Source: Octopus vulgaris
Lineage: Eukaryota
Direction: 5' to 3'
Assembly: GCA_951406725.2 (NCBI GenBank)
Contig: OX597814.1
Span: forward strand, 20,274,001-20,338,000
Length of the DNA: 64,000 bases
Shown here piece after piece: positions 49,480 to 61,419 of this stretch (position 1 is its first letter; every line of letters starts with the position of its first letter). The notes under the pieces were generated by a model that worked only from the letters and a program-made list of their open reading frames with translations, was not told where the DNA came from and searched no databases. The position numbers were made by a program, and so were the translations under genes.

Positions 49480-52090
49480 TGTTGGAATGATGTCAGAGAA
49501 GGCCATTACGGCAAAGAAACAGGCCTGGAAGGACTGGAAGTGTGGAGATAGCAGGGAATTGAATCAGACAGCCAGAAGGGAAGCTAGGAGGCAGGTATAT
49601 TTAGAAAAAGTTTGCCAATGTTCGGCAACATGTGGACCAGAGATTTGAAGTGTTTTGGATTGCAAAACAGTGTGTGAGAGAAAATCCTGATGTCATAGGA
49701 GAGAAATGTATCTGCATGGATGATGGTATACTTGCATTTAATGATTCTGCAAAGAAAGAGGCTTGGAAACACCATTATGAATGGTTGGTAAATGAAGAAA
49801 ATGAATGGGAGGAGAATCTACCAAATGTGGACCCTATTGAGGGACCAGCTACCTGAATCGACAGTACCCTGGTAGATAAAGCAATTAAGGATATGAAGAC
49901 AGAGAAAGCATCTGGCCCATCAGGAATCACCTCTGAGATGCTTAAAATATTGGGCAGTGTAGGTTATGGTCTTGTCACCTGCATTGTAAATCAGGTAGTT
50001 CATGAAGGAGTCATACCCAATGACTGGTGTAGCAGTCAACTGCTACAAAGGTAAAGGTGATGCCTTAGATAGAAACAACTAGAGGTATTGTTGGATCAGG
50101 TGATGAAAATCAGGCAAGGGTCATGGCTCAACTAATTGGGGAGGGAGCTAGTCTAGATGAGATGCAGTTTGGTTTTGTGCCAGGGAGAAACACTGTTCAA
50201 ATTCCGCCGCGGTCGACTTTGCCTTTCATTCTTTCGTGGTCGATAAATAAAGTACCAGTTTCGCACTGGGGTCGATGTAATCGACTTAATCCCTTTGTCT
50301 GTCCTTGTTCGTCCCCTCTATGCTTAGCTCCTTGTGGGCAATAAAGAAATATATATTTCTGGAATGCTGGGCCTCAAGGAGGCAATGTGGCTAATGCTGG
50401 TGTCATGTAACTAGCACTCATGTCAGTGACACGCAAAATCCAACTTCCATACGCTGGGCCTCACAGAGGCAATGACAAATGACATGCTTGAGAAGAAGAA
50501 CCATCAAGCCAAGTGAAATCGTAGTCATGGCAGATATTGGTGTCATGCAAACTGGCACCCGTTTGTCCCCTCTACTACCTTGTGGGTAGTAAAGAAATAG
50601 GTAATATATATATATTTGCTGAATAGCCCATTGTTGCTGGAAATTCTCACAATAGAATACCTTTATTTCAAGTTTTTTCCGTATTGTGTTTCAGATCATT
50701 TCTATCCCAATGGAAAGGCCTCTAGATCAAGACAGGTTTCTGTGTATAGGTAACAAATGAACTGTTATTAAAAGCTACCTTCAACTACACTTTCTTGATT
50801 TAAGGGATATTTCGTATATAGCTTAGCCTGATTCTCACGTTCATTATGTCGTACTTTTGCTATGGGGTCTCGAGTGTGAATTATTAAGTTGCATAGGCAT
50901 GGAAAATATAAAAAGTGACCCGATTTGTTATTTATAAATGGGGTAACTATAATAAATAACTTGCATTCTGTGTCATATGAAGACAGGGATGAGGAGCAGT
51001 ATGCATGAAAGATATACATATTCAGAGAGAGTGAGAGGAAAAGCATAACAGAGAGACGGACAGATGGAGGTAAATACACAGACAATTATAGAACACAACA
51101 CACATACACACACGTACAACCATACACACACTTAGGCATTCATGAGTTTAGAGTACGCTCTAAATTCCCCGTGAATGGACTTGCTATTTGTACCTGAATC
51201 ACTCTACCCATTTAAAATCTTTCATCCTCTCTCTATTGAAATGCTTGAGTTCATACAGTAAAGATTCTACAAAATGAACATAATTCATCCATTTGTCATT
51301 CTGCTATTCATAAAGTACTTCTTACTTGTTGACATTTATCATTCCAGTCTCATATTTGATACTGGAACCATTTTTCCTCTATTATTGAAGCTGCTACCCT
51401 ATAATGACCACATGATTCTATAATTCTACACCTTCAGACCTCTGTGTTCTCCCTGCATCTACCTCAGACATTATTTCCTTTTTATAAACCATTAATTCTA
51501 CTCCTATAATCAAGTTTAACAGATTCAATCTATTTGAAGTGTTTACATTTTGACCTTTATATCCATATGCTTACATATGTACTTGTATACACGTTTAAAC
51601 CTCAGTATCTGGCTTTTGTTGACAAGGAGAAAGCTTTTGACAGGATCCCCTGCTCCATTATCTGGTGGTTAATGTAGAAACTAGGGATAGATGAGTGGTT
51701 GGTGAGAACTGTACAAGCCGTGTAGAGGGATGCTGTTAGTGAGGTGAAAATTAGCAACAAGTATAGCAACGAATTCAGTGTACAGGTAGGAGTTCACCAG
51801 GGATCAGTTCTCAGCCTCCTCTCATTCATCATAGTCATCCAGGCTATAGTAGATAACAGAAGCTATCTACTACCTCTAGCTTACCCACCCGGAAGTTGAT
51901 GGGGTCTATTTTCTGTACATTTTCAGTGTTTATTGTACCTGTGCATCTTCCACATACAAAAGCTATTTTCCCTGTTAACCTTCCTCTGATATTGCTGTAC
52001 CTTTTATGTGGCCATAGCTTACAACGGGTACATCTTTTGGAATTTCTGCCTCCACCTTTTCTATAGATCAAGCAGAGCCATCTACTTGCT
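49480..52090. mobile_element. Scattered fragments of an older RTE-type LINE (49480-50190 +, 51605-51845 +, 51845-52090 -)
   Basis: KA.GPSGI..EMLK, MQFGF.PGR.T, LAFVD.EKAFDR.P, VGVHQGSVLS.LLFIIV. Confidence 0.7.
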
Positions 52091-52798
52091 TCCTCCAGCT
52101 GTCCTAGAAGCCTTGGAAAAGGCCATTAGTGTTGCCCTTGTCCTTCTCATCTAACCATTTATAAAAACAACAACAAAAAAAGCAACATGTCCCTGATCAA
52201 CAATCATACAACATTTACAGCAATCAAAAATCTTTCTTACTTTCCTGCAAAGGTGTTGACCAACTACAAAGAATACCCATTAGTTTTTTGTTCCTTGTTC
52301 ATGATGGTGAATTTCTGCCTTTAACTATTGTTTTCAAAGGCTTGGATCTTATATTATGAATTAATATTGGATCCATCAGAAAGTTGAACAGGATGTTCTA
52401 TTCTATCCAAAGTTTGGCTCAGGTTTGTCTTGCATTCAATTACTGTGAATTTCTAAAATGGTAATGGATCAGTAGAGTTGTTAGAACATTCAAGAAAATG
52501 CTTTTTACAATCTACATTAAAATCCTTACCAAACTCTTTTTTCCCTTTCATCTTTCTGGTACCAATAGAATAAATATCAGCCAAGTTGTAGGTTGATATG
52601 ATTGACTGCTATGCTCTCAATTAATGGATATGTGCAATTGTCAAAATATCAAACAATTGACTCAATTTAATTACACTGGAACATAGGTAAATAAGACATT
52701 TGAATGAATTTAGTTGATTAAAGCACATTCTTTATATTGTATTCCATCTAAAAAAATCATATTTTTTATTTCTTCTAACGTCAACCTCTTTCTTTTAG

Positions 52799-53025
52799 GA
52801 GTGACAATCGGCAACACAGATACTCACCACTATAAACATTTGACAAAAAGTATCTATCGATTCATCCCTGCAGTTTTAACTCCAGAGACTGCAAATATGG
52901 TTCATGGAGATAATGAAAAGATATCAGTAAGGAATTATGAAAAAGTTGTCAATTTTTATCATCATGTAATTTTGAATTCAGATCGTGATAAAATGAATTT
53001 TATTAACAAACATGCTGAATTATAA
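52799..53025 (+). CDS. PM20D1: PM20D1-like terminal exon 11 (227 nt including stop)
   Basis: ttttAG|GA; GNTDTHHY, IYRFIP, VHGDNEKIS (metal His); ends KHAEL*. Confidence 0.93.
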
Positions 53026-53056
53026 CAAAACATTTATTTTTGAAGCATTTCTTTTT

Positions 53057-53062
53057 AATAAA
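53057..53062 (+). promoter_or_regulatory. Candidate polyadenylation signal
   Basis: AATAAA ~30 nt after the stop, with T/GT-rich sequence from ~53088; the AT-rich context weakens it. Confidence 0.4.
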
Positions 53063-54004
53063 CAACACAGATTTTCTGAAATAATAATGTTGTCTTTTTT
53101 ACTTGTCTTTTTTATTATATTTTTAACCTTATGCTTTTTTTCTTTCTATCTTCATCATCATCAATATTTTCACTTATATATGTTCTATCTTTCCACAGAG
53201 TTAAATTTCCTATAGACATATAATTTTACTGTAAGTTAATGTAATATCTTGGTTTGGAAACTAATCAAGGGCGGAGGGCTAGCAAGATTGATATGGTTAA
53301 TGTTCAGTTTGAAGATCTGTACATCAGTGTCTGTATGGAAAAATGTGTGTTGAGAGTGTAGGGAGAGTCCAGATGATTACATTTCTAGAGGAAAGACTGG
53401 TGTTCAGTGTTTAGTACAGAGTTCAAGATTTGAAACACAGTAAAGGAGGAAGAGAGAAAGGTGGGCAGAGTATGCAGTGAATTATTTCAGGAAAGCAGAG
53501 GCCGTTAAACTGGTGATAGAAGAGGCAAAGAAAGAAAACTGTGCATAAATCAGCTCCTGGTTGTAGGATCTTGGTGAGTTAATCATTGTTAATTAGTCAA
53601 ATAGTTGTCTTTTAGATGTATTCTACAATGATTAAGTGTGTGGTAGTAGCAAGACCATCTCATAAATTTTGTTTGTTTTTTAAGTTGTGTGTACTTTTTA
53701 TATAAGGGGGACCCAAGATTGGAGTTGCTATTGATGATAGATAAGGTAAGTGAGAAAAGAAAAGGTAGTTATCCACTTACTACAGCTATTTTCCCAAATT
53801 AGCCTTCTATTTTCCTAAACAATTATACATTCATTGAACACAACAAATGAACTGGAAAAGCCAGTTCATATAGTAGTGGAAGAGATTTAAATTGTTAAAG
53901 GGAGAGAGGTAGAAGAATAAGACCAAAGGGCACCAAAAGGGAAGAGAATTTATGTGATGTAGTTATAACTGATATAACTATAGCTGAATTATACTTTTGT
54001 ATAA

Positions 54005-54366
54005 TCTGTATATATATAGAAAAGGCAGGATGTGTGTATGTGTGTGTGTACGTGAATGTAATTTATGCATGTCCACAAATTAGCACGCATGTTGCTCCAA
54101 TTTTATGAGGACATTCATCACGACCCTAGCTATATTTTCGTCAACTTATTTTTCCCAGAGGCACCAGTGAATAGCGGTAAAAATAAATTTTCAACCAAAA
54201 CGTTTAACAATTTTCAACTTGGAGAACTCCACCATTGTTTGCAACAGGAGTTAAGTCTCCTTCTAGCAACGAGTAAGTTTTTGTTAAGACTTTTGTTAAG
54301 TGTTTTGTCCATATACGGGCAACACACACACACACACGAACATGTATGCAATAGGTGTACGGACAT

Positions 54367-54409
<43 letters not shown>

Positions 54410-55064
54410 CTTAAGACTTAGTTGTGATCTGAACATAACCGCTTCTGACACAGAGGATCGGGAGCCCTTTTGGGCATTCTAATTTCCTTGCTGTAAGGTT
54501 TCCCAACCCATGGGCAAAGGGGGTTAGATGATGGGAGTGGCGTTTTCAAAGGGCTGGCGTGTGCAACCTGATCACCTCTGCTAGTCAAACTCCCAACCCA
54601 TGTGCTCCTGTCACGACACTGATTCTGCAGTACTGGGTTGGGTATGAAAACCAATTTTAAAGTATAAATATAGATTTTTTGAATCAGTAATGTTGTGTTC
54701 GGTTAAGTCCTATTTGGGGTGAAAAATCAATAAACTAATTCCTTATGGGGTTTTCCATTCAATCAGGATGAAAAATCGATAAACTGATTTCTTATAGGAT
54801 TTCCCAATAAAATTGGCTACACCCCATTTTCAATCATAACTTTTACCAATTTTGACATATTTTGTTCAAACTTGATGCCGGCGTTTCTTAGGACTCATGG
54901 GATCTTTGAATGCTTTAAGTTCTCCAAAACAAGAAAAAAAACAAAAACAATCTATAAGTGGAAAAATCAATAAACTGGTTCCTTATGGGATTTCCCAATC
55001 AAATTGTCTTAGTTTGGTTTGAAACAAAGCACTTGATTAGCTTAATAATCCTAACATAATCTAG
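54005..55064 (+). mobile_element. Non-autonomous Helitron, family B (3' hairpin deleted)
   Basis: A|TCTGTATATATA..AGGCAGGAT start; CTTGATTAGCTTAATAATCCTAAC..CTAG|T end; internal GAAAAATC.ATAAACT repeats x3. Confidence 0.78.
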
Positions 55065-55463
55065 TATGCTCTATTTCCTTTGTGTTCCACTAAGTCTATT
55101 TCCTCTTCTCATTTGACACATTCTATTGAAATGGTGATAATTTTGATAAATGAGGTATTTATGTTGTTTGGTATTTGATATATTACACGTGTGCCCACAA
55201 ACATATGCACGCACACACACAAATACCCCACATCATCCTCATCACCATCATTATTGTTTAACGTCCGTTTTCTATGCTGGCAGGGGTTGGACGGTTTGAA
55301 TGGGGGTTTAGGAAGCCAGGAGGCAGCACCAGGCTCCAATCTGATCTGGCAGTGTTTCTACAGCTTCCTAACGCCAACCACTCTCAGAGTGTAGTGGGTG
55401 CTAATGATTAACAAGCCATTTCGTGGAATAAGTTACTATAAACAATCACTCTTTTTTTTTTTT

Positions 55464-55866
55464 TTACTCTTTTTACTTGTTTCAGTCATTTGACTGCGGC
55501 CATGCTGGAGCACCGCCTTTAGTCGAGCAAATCAACCCTGGGACTCTATTCTTTGTAAGCCCAGTACTTATTCTATCGGTCTCTTTTGCCGAACCGCTAA
55601 GTTACGGGGACGTAAACACACCAGCATCGGTTGTCAAGCAATGCTAGGGGAACAAACACAGACACACAAACATATTCACACACACTTATATATATATATA
55701 CATATATACGACAGGCTTCTTTCAGTTTCCGTCTACCAAATCCACTGACAAGGCATTGGTCGGCCCGGGGCTATAGCAGAAGACACGTGCCCAAGATGCC
55801 ACGCAGTGGGACTGAACCCGGAACCATGTGGTTGGTTAGCAAGCTACTTACCAAACAGCCACTCCT
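55464..55866 (-). mobile_element. SINE family 1
   Basis: Full match. Confidence 0.9.
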
Positions 55867-56351
55867 TTCGTTTTCTTTTTTTTTTTTTAATGGGGGTGTA
55901 TCCTAAATCAATGATGGAATAAATACTCCAAAATTAAGGTCATGTTTCACTCATAAAGCTAATGTGTTTATTAAACAACAGAAGCAAGTAACAGAATTTT
56001 AATTTTGAAATTTAAAAAAAATATACTTGATAATCTGATTAAATATTATCAGTTATATAAGATAATGAACAATATAAAATACAATGGCTCTACCTTTGCC
56101 CTCAACTGTTATTTATATCAATAGAGAATGATCAAAGTATAAGTGACAAACTGCCATTTAAAGTCTGAAACGAGAAATTTCTAAATGAAAAGCAGCACAT
56201 CTGAGCCATATGTATGTGATTGTTCGACTTTCTTTAACCATCTCGTGTTTCAAGTTTTCCAGCCATGACCTCCCTGCTTTTTAAAAGCTATTCAACCATG
56301 ACAGTCTACCTATTTTAAAGCATTCCTTTTGTGAGCTTCTAGCTCTTTTGA

Positions 56352-56850
56352 TAAAATTCTATATTAACGCCCTCCCGATTTTCACTAGGGAAAAGAAAAA
56401 AAAAACTTGGATTTTTTGCGTGGAATCAAGTACTCTGACCTTCTAATATGCTGCAAATCCCTTATTTTCGTTCGGAATCATTGGAATTTTTTTTCGTTGA
56501 ATGAATTCCTGTGACCTCCTAATATGCTACAAAACCCTTTTTGGGGTCCAAAAAATGGGGTGGGGTGAAAAGATCAATGGGGATCGGGGGAGAAATTACC
56601 GAGGCTTCCACCCCATCCCATCCCATTTTTCGGACTCCAAAAAGGGTTTTGTAGCATATTAGGAGGTCACAGGAATTCATTCATTGAAAAAAAAATTTCC
56701 AATGATTCAGGGAGGGGCTCACTCCCCTTTTTTCTGAACCAAAATAATGGATTTGCAGCATATTAGGAGGTCAAGGTACTTGATTCCAAGCAAAATATCT
56801 GAGTTTTTTTTTCCTTGGTGAAAATCGTGCGGGTGTTAATATAGAAATTT
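56352..56850. mobile_element. Foldback/MITE-like element, ~200-bp inverted arms
   Basis: e.g. TGAATGAATTCCTGTGACCTCCTAATATGCTACAAAACCCTTTTTGG versus its reverse complement at ~56637-56684. Confidence 0.88.
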
Positions 56851-57097
56851 ACTGCTTTTTGTAACCACATTCCAATTGCGACCACGCATTTCTTTTAAGA
56901 ATCTCAATTGTGAACTTTTGAGTTCCGAATATGACCATCACGTCTTTTTTAAGTTAAAATCTCCTCATGTCACATCCTACCATTTCTGACCCCTTTTAAA
57001 AGGATGCATTAGATAATGGTAGTCTGAGATACACGATGTCTGAAAAACAAAAGATAGAATGCTTTTGATAATTAGTTTGCTAAATTAACCTTAATTG

Positions 57098-57901
57098 GGG
57101 ATCTTTTTTCTTTTGAACGGTACATGTCAACACAATTTCTAGTTAACTAAACACTTTAAAACTTCGAATACTGGTAGAATGTGTCAAAATAAAACATTTT
57201 TTTCTCTTGGCTTTCTTGAGAAAATTGTAATTTGTTTGTTTAACGTAGTTTGATTTTTTGAATTTTAACCAATGAATCGCCTCTAGTGAGCTAAAATCAT
57301 TTGCTGCGTCTAAAACAGAGACAACATCCTGTCACTAACCCTAACCCTCACCCACACCCTAAATTTTAGCCTTTCGATTTTTTTTCCTTAATTGTTAAAT
57401 TAATTTAATTGTTACGCGTGTGTCTAAAATTATTCGTTTTGTTTTTGTTTTGAGTTTTTGCTTTGGTTTTAGCTTTTCGTTATGTATACGTACGGAAAGC
57501 GTGTGTATAAAATAATAGAATTATTTTGTTTGTTAATTGTTTAAATTATTTTCCATTGCTTTCGTTTTTTTTTCTTAATTGTTATCCTTAAATTAATTTA
57601 ACAATGAAGATAAAAAAAACCCGAAAGGCTAAAATTTAGGGTTAGGGTGAGGGTTAGGGTTATTGACAGGATGTTGTCTCAGTTTTAGACGCAGCAAATG
57701 ATTTTAGCCCAATTAGAGGCAATTGATTGGTTAAAATTCGAAAAATTAAACTACGTTAAACAAACGAATTACAATTTTATCAAGAAAGCCAAGAGGAAAA
57801 AAATGTTTTATTTTGACACATTCTACCAGTATATGAAGTTTTAAAGTGTTTAGTTAACTAGAAATTGTGTTGACATGTGCCGTTCAAAAGGAAAAGATCC
57901 C
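57098..57901. mobile_element. Foldback/MITE-like element, ~300-bp inverted arms with (TAACCC)-like units
   Basis: GGGATCTTTT..TTTTGAACGG.ACATGTCAACACAATTTC and GAAATTGTGTTGACATGT.CCGTTCAAAA..AAAAGATCCC termini. Confidence 0.92.
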
Positions 57902-58071
57902 TAAGGAGTAAAAGATATATTTTCAACATAATACGATTGCCTGAAAAATAAAAGATGGAATAGTCATGGATGGAGGCCTTTGATCATAGATAGATCTACA
58001 GGATCGCGCTAACCGGGGCTAAATAACATCAATGATTGATTTCATCCCAGCCAACAAAGAATTTTCGACAG

Positions 58072-58312
58072 CAGTGTTTTTCAATCCCCCATCCTTTTTT
58101 TTTTACCTATGGACTCCTTTGATTCCTATTTTACTCGGGTGAATCCTCTCGGCCATTAGACGTTAATAAAATCCTATTACATTTCTATAATTAAATATTC
58201 CTGGGAATTGTATTAAAAAGATGAAAATATTTGGTGTATTGTTGAAGTATAAACAATTTATTCCTCGTAAATTTTTACAAAATCTGATATGAACTCCGGT
58301 TGAGAACCACTG
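58072..58312. mobile_element. hAT-like MITE remnant
   Basis: CAGTGTTTTTCAA ... TTGAGAACCACTG termini; no clear target-site duplication. Confidence 0.5.
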
Positions 58313-58443
58313 CTTCACACCAATGGTTCTTCACCCCTTCTTTTGGATTTGTAGCACTCCTTTTAAAATTGCCTAGCGCCCACCTAAGTGGCGAATGAGG
58401 TATCACGACTAAACTAACTTTAACATGGATGATAATTTATATA

Positions 58444-58591
58444 TCTGTATATATAAAGCTGAAGTTGTCTGTGTATGGCAGGTTCGGTAGCCTTCAACTA
58501 TCACTATCTCCTCCGAGACCCTGCGGTGCAAATTGACCAAAATTGAGAGTATGATAGAAGAAGGCTTGCTCTTTCTTCCGTAGAAGAAAAA
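58444..58591 (+). mobile_element. Helitron family A 5' end, truncated at the Penelope junction
   Basis: Reverse complement of ~27905-28050. Confidence 0.8.
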
Positions 58592-60523
58592 GTGGCGTCT
58601 CTTCCCTCCCACATCCACGATACTAACCATGCTCTCTGGCTTTTCAACTCTTTCTCCTTTCCTCCCGACTCCTCCAAAATCCTTTTTACTATGGACATCC
58701 ATAGCCTCTATACCGTTATCCCTCACCACGAAGGACTGCGGGCACTTCAACACTTTCTCGAACTCCACCCCAACTCTGAACCTGACACCTCCACACTCAT
58801 TCGTCTGGCCGAACTTGTCCTTACTCTCAACTGCTTCTCGTTCACGGGCGAGTTCTACCAATAGATCTCGGGAGTGGCCATGGGAACGCGAATGGGCCCC
58901 AACTATGCGAACCTGTTTGTTGGCTATGTTGAGGCCCAAATATTCTCTAATTTCACTGGTCCCACTCCTGACCTATACGGTCGTTACATTGACGACATTA
59001 TCGGTGCCACCTCACTCTCCCGTGAACATCTAGATTCCTTCCTCTCTTTCGTTCAATCCTTCCATCCAGCCCTCCACTATCTCCAACACCTCTGTCTCCT
59101 TCCTCGACATTTTGGTTAGCATTCATCACTCCACTCTTACCACCTCCATTCACTACAAACACACAGACTCACATTCATACCTCAACTTCTCTTCCTCCCA
59201 CCCAAAACACACCAAGCTTTCCATCCTCTATTCCCAATTCCTCCGTCTACGTAGGCTCTGTAGTGATGACCATGACTTTGAGACTCAGTCTCAACGTATG
59301 GCTCACCACTTCATCCTACGTGGATACCCCCTCACCACTATCCACACCGCCCTTACCAGAGCACGTTCCGTAGACCGTGCATCTGCTCTCTCTTCCCGAA
59401 CCCGCCCTGTAGTCTCCCGCCTCCCTTTTCCCCTCACTTACCACCCCACGACCCTACCTCTCCAACGCACCATTCTTCGAGCTTTCCGGCATCTCCAGTC
59501 CGACCCGTCCACTTCACACCTTTTCCCTAACCTACCCCTCCCCTCCTTCAAACGAGCCCATAACCTATGAGACCTTTTGGTCCATAGCTCCTTCCCTGAC
59601 CCTACCTCCCAACCTGGCTCGTTCCCTGCTCCCGCCCACGTTGCCACACTTGCCCTTACCTCTCCAACACCACCCTCCTCACTGGCACCCATCATCGACC
59701 CTATCGCATCATCAACTCCTTCACCTGCACCTCCAGCAATATCATCTATTGTGTCTCTTGCTCTCTCTGCCATTCCCTGTACATCGGACAAACGGGACGC
59801 CGCTTGGCTGACCGGTTCGCGGAACACCTCCGTGACATCCGCCTTGCCAACGACACACCGGTCTCACGCCATTTCCGTTCCACCGGTCACTCCTTGCAAC
59901 ACCTGTCTGTGTTCGGTTTGTCCTTGCACAGAGGCCATCTGGATTCCTGTTTGCGCCGTGAACAGGAATTAATCTTCTCTCTTCGCTCTTTTACGCCATT
60001 TGGTCTCAACTCTCCCCCCCTCCTCATCTAACCCCCTCTCCTCTCTCTACACTACACCATGCAACTTTACACATCACCCCTCCTCCTCCCCTCTCCCCCT
60101 CATCTCCTCTCTCTACACTACACCATACGACTTTACACATCACATCATATATACATACACACGTCCAGACCTCTCATACGCACTACATACTCTCTCATAC
60201 ACACACACACACACACACTCTTATGTTGGGGCGAGGTCATTTGACCCTGTTATCTCTCCTAATTTCGCTCTTGCGTCTCACGTTTGATCTTTGACTTCTG
60301 GCCGAAATCAGATCGCCATGTTGATTCGCTAGCCTCTGCGCGCATTTTTTTTCTCTCCTTGTTTCTTTCTGTGTTTCTTTTCTGTGTATCTTTCCGTTGA
60401 AGAGCGTAGGCTCGAAACGTAAAAGACTTGTTTTATTTATATTCCTGAGCGCCATACTAATACAATTGTTTGTTTGTATTCCACCTGCCTTCGTCTTTTG
60501 TTTATTTTCATAAAGCTTCCCGT
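58592..60523 (+). mobile_element. Penelope-like retroelement (RT + GIY-YIG), 5'-truncated and disrupted
   Basis: MDIHSLYTVIP, GVAMGTRMGPNYANLF, RYIDDI, HYK.TDSHSYL; FTCTSSNIIYCVSCSLCHSLYIGQTGRRLADRFAEH; stop at ~58862 and frameshifts. Confidence 0.92.
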
Positions 60524-60548
60524 TAAATTTTCTATAACAGGTCGAGCA

Positions 60549-60618
60549 GAGTTTAGAACATTGACCCTCATGCGGAGTTTAGAACATTGACCCTCATTCG
60601 GAGTTTAGAACATTGACC
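60549..60618. repeat. 26-bp tandem repeat x2.7
   Basis: GAGTTTAGAACATTGACC at 60549, 60575 and 60601. Confidence 0.9.
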
Positions 60619-61000
60619 TCTGCGCTACATCGTCATTTGAACCTGCTAGAAATAGCAGCCAAATTATTATTTTGATGATTGACATCAGCTGGCTTCCTAA
60701 GTGTCTAAAAAGAAAAGACAAAAAAAGAAAAACCAACTCAACAGACTCCAGGGGAAGACCTATCTTTGTTACTAACAGATTTAGTAACTAATGCATTTGC
60801 TAACAATTATCTATTGCGAGGTGTTACTGTTATTATTTAGCCTGAGATTAGTTCTGATCCAGTTCGAATATGCCATTTTATTCTTCATTAAATGTATCCC
60901 CAGGTATCGGCAACTCGGGCAGTCGCCCGGGGTACCATGTGCTTTTTTAGTCTACATTTTCAGTTTTTCTCCTTGTGAAAGTTAAAAAAAAAAATTATAC

Positions 61001-61149
61001 TAGGCGCAGGAGTAGCTTGTTTACCAACCACATGGTTTCAGGTTCAGTCCCACTGCGTGGCACCTTGCGCAAGTGTCTTCTACTATAGCCTCGGGCCGAC
61101 CAAAGCCTTGTGAGTGGATTTGGTAGACGGAAACTGATAGAAGCCCGTC

Positions 61150-61215
<66 letters not shown>

Positions 61216-61419
61216 CTGTTTCTATGTTTGACCCCCTAGCATTGCTTGACAACCGATGCTGGTGTGTTTATGTCCCCGTTACTTAGCGGTTCGGCAAAAG
61301 AGACAGATAGAATAAGTACTGGGCTTACAAAAGAATAAGTCTCGGGATCGAGTTGCTCGATTAAAGGCAGTGCTCCAGCATGGCCGCAGTAAAATGACTG
61401 AAACAACTAAAAGAGTAAA
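61001..61419 (+). mobile_element. SINE family 1
   Basis: Matches the family. Confidence 0.9.

Noticed and set aside
52714-52798. ORF-track N-terminal extension of the last PM20D1 exon (likewise 6126, 11856, 35565 and the read-through after 62656)
   Set aside because: Intronic read-through beyond clear splice sites.
57330-57662. Interstitial telomere or chromosome fusion site
   Set aside because: Only 2-4 imperfect units, embedded symmetrically in foldback arms.
58409-59827. Minus-strand ORFs of 176 and 129 aa
   Set aside because: Antisense shadows of the Penelope ORF.
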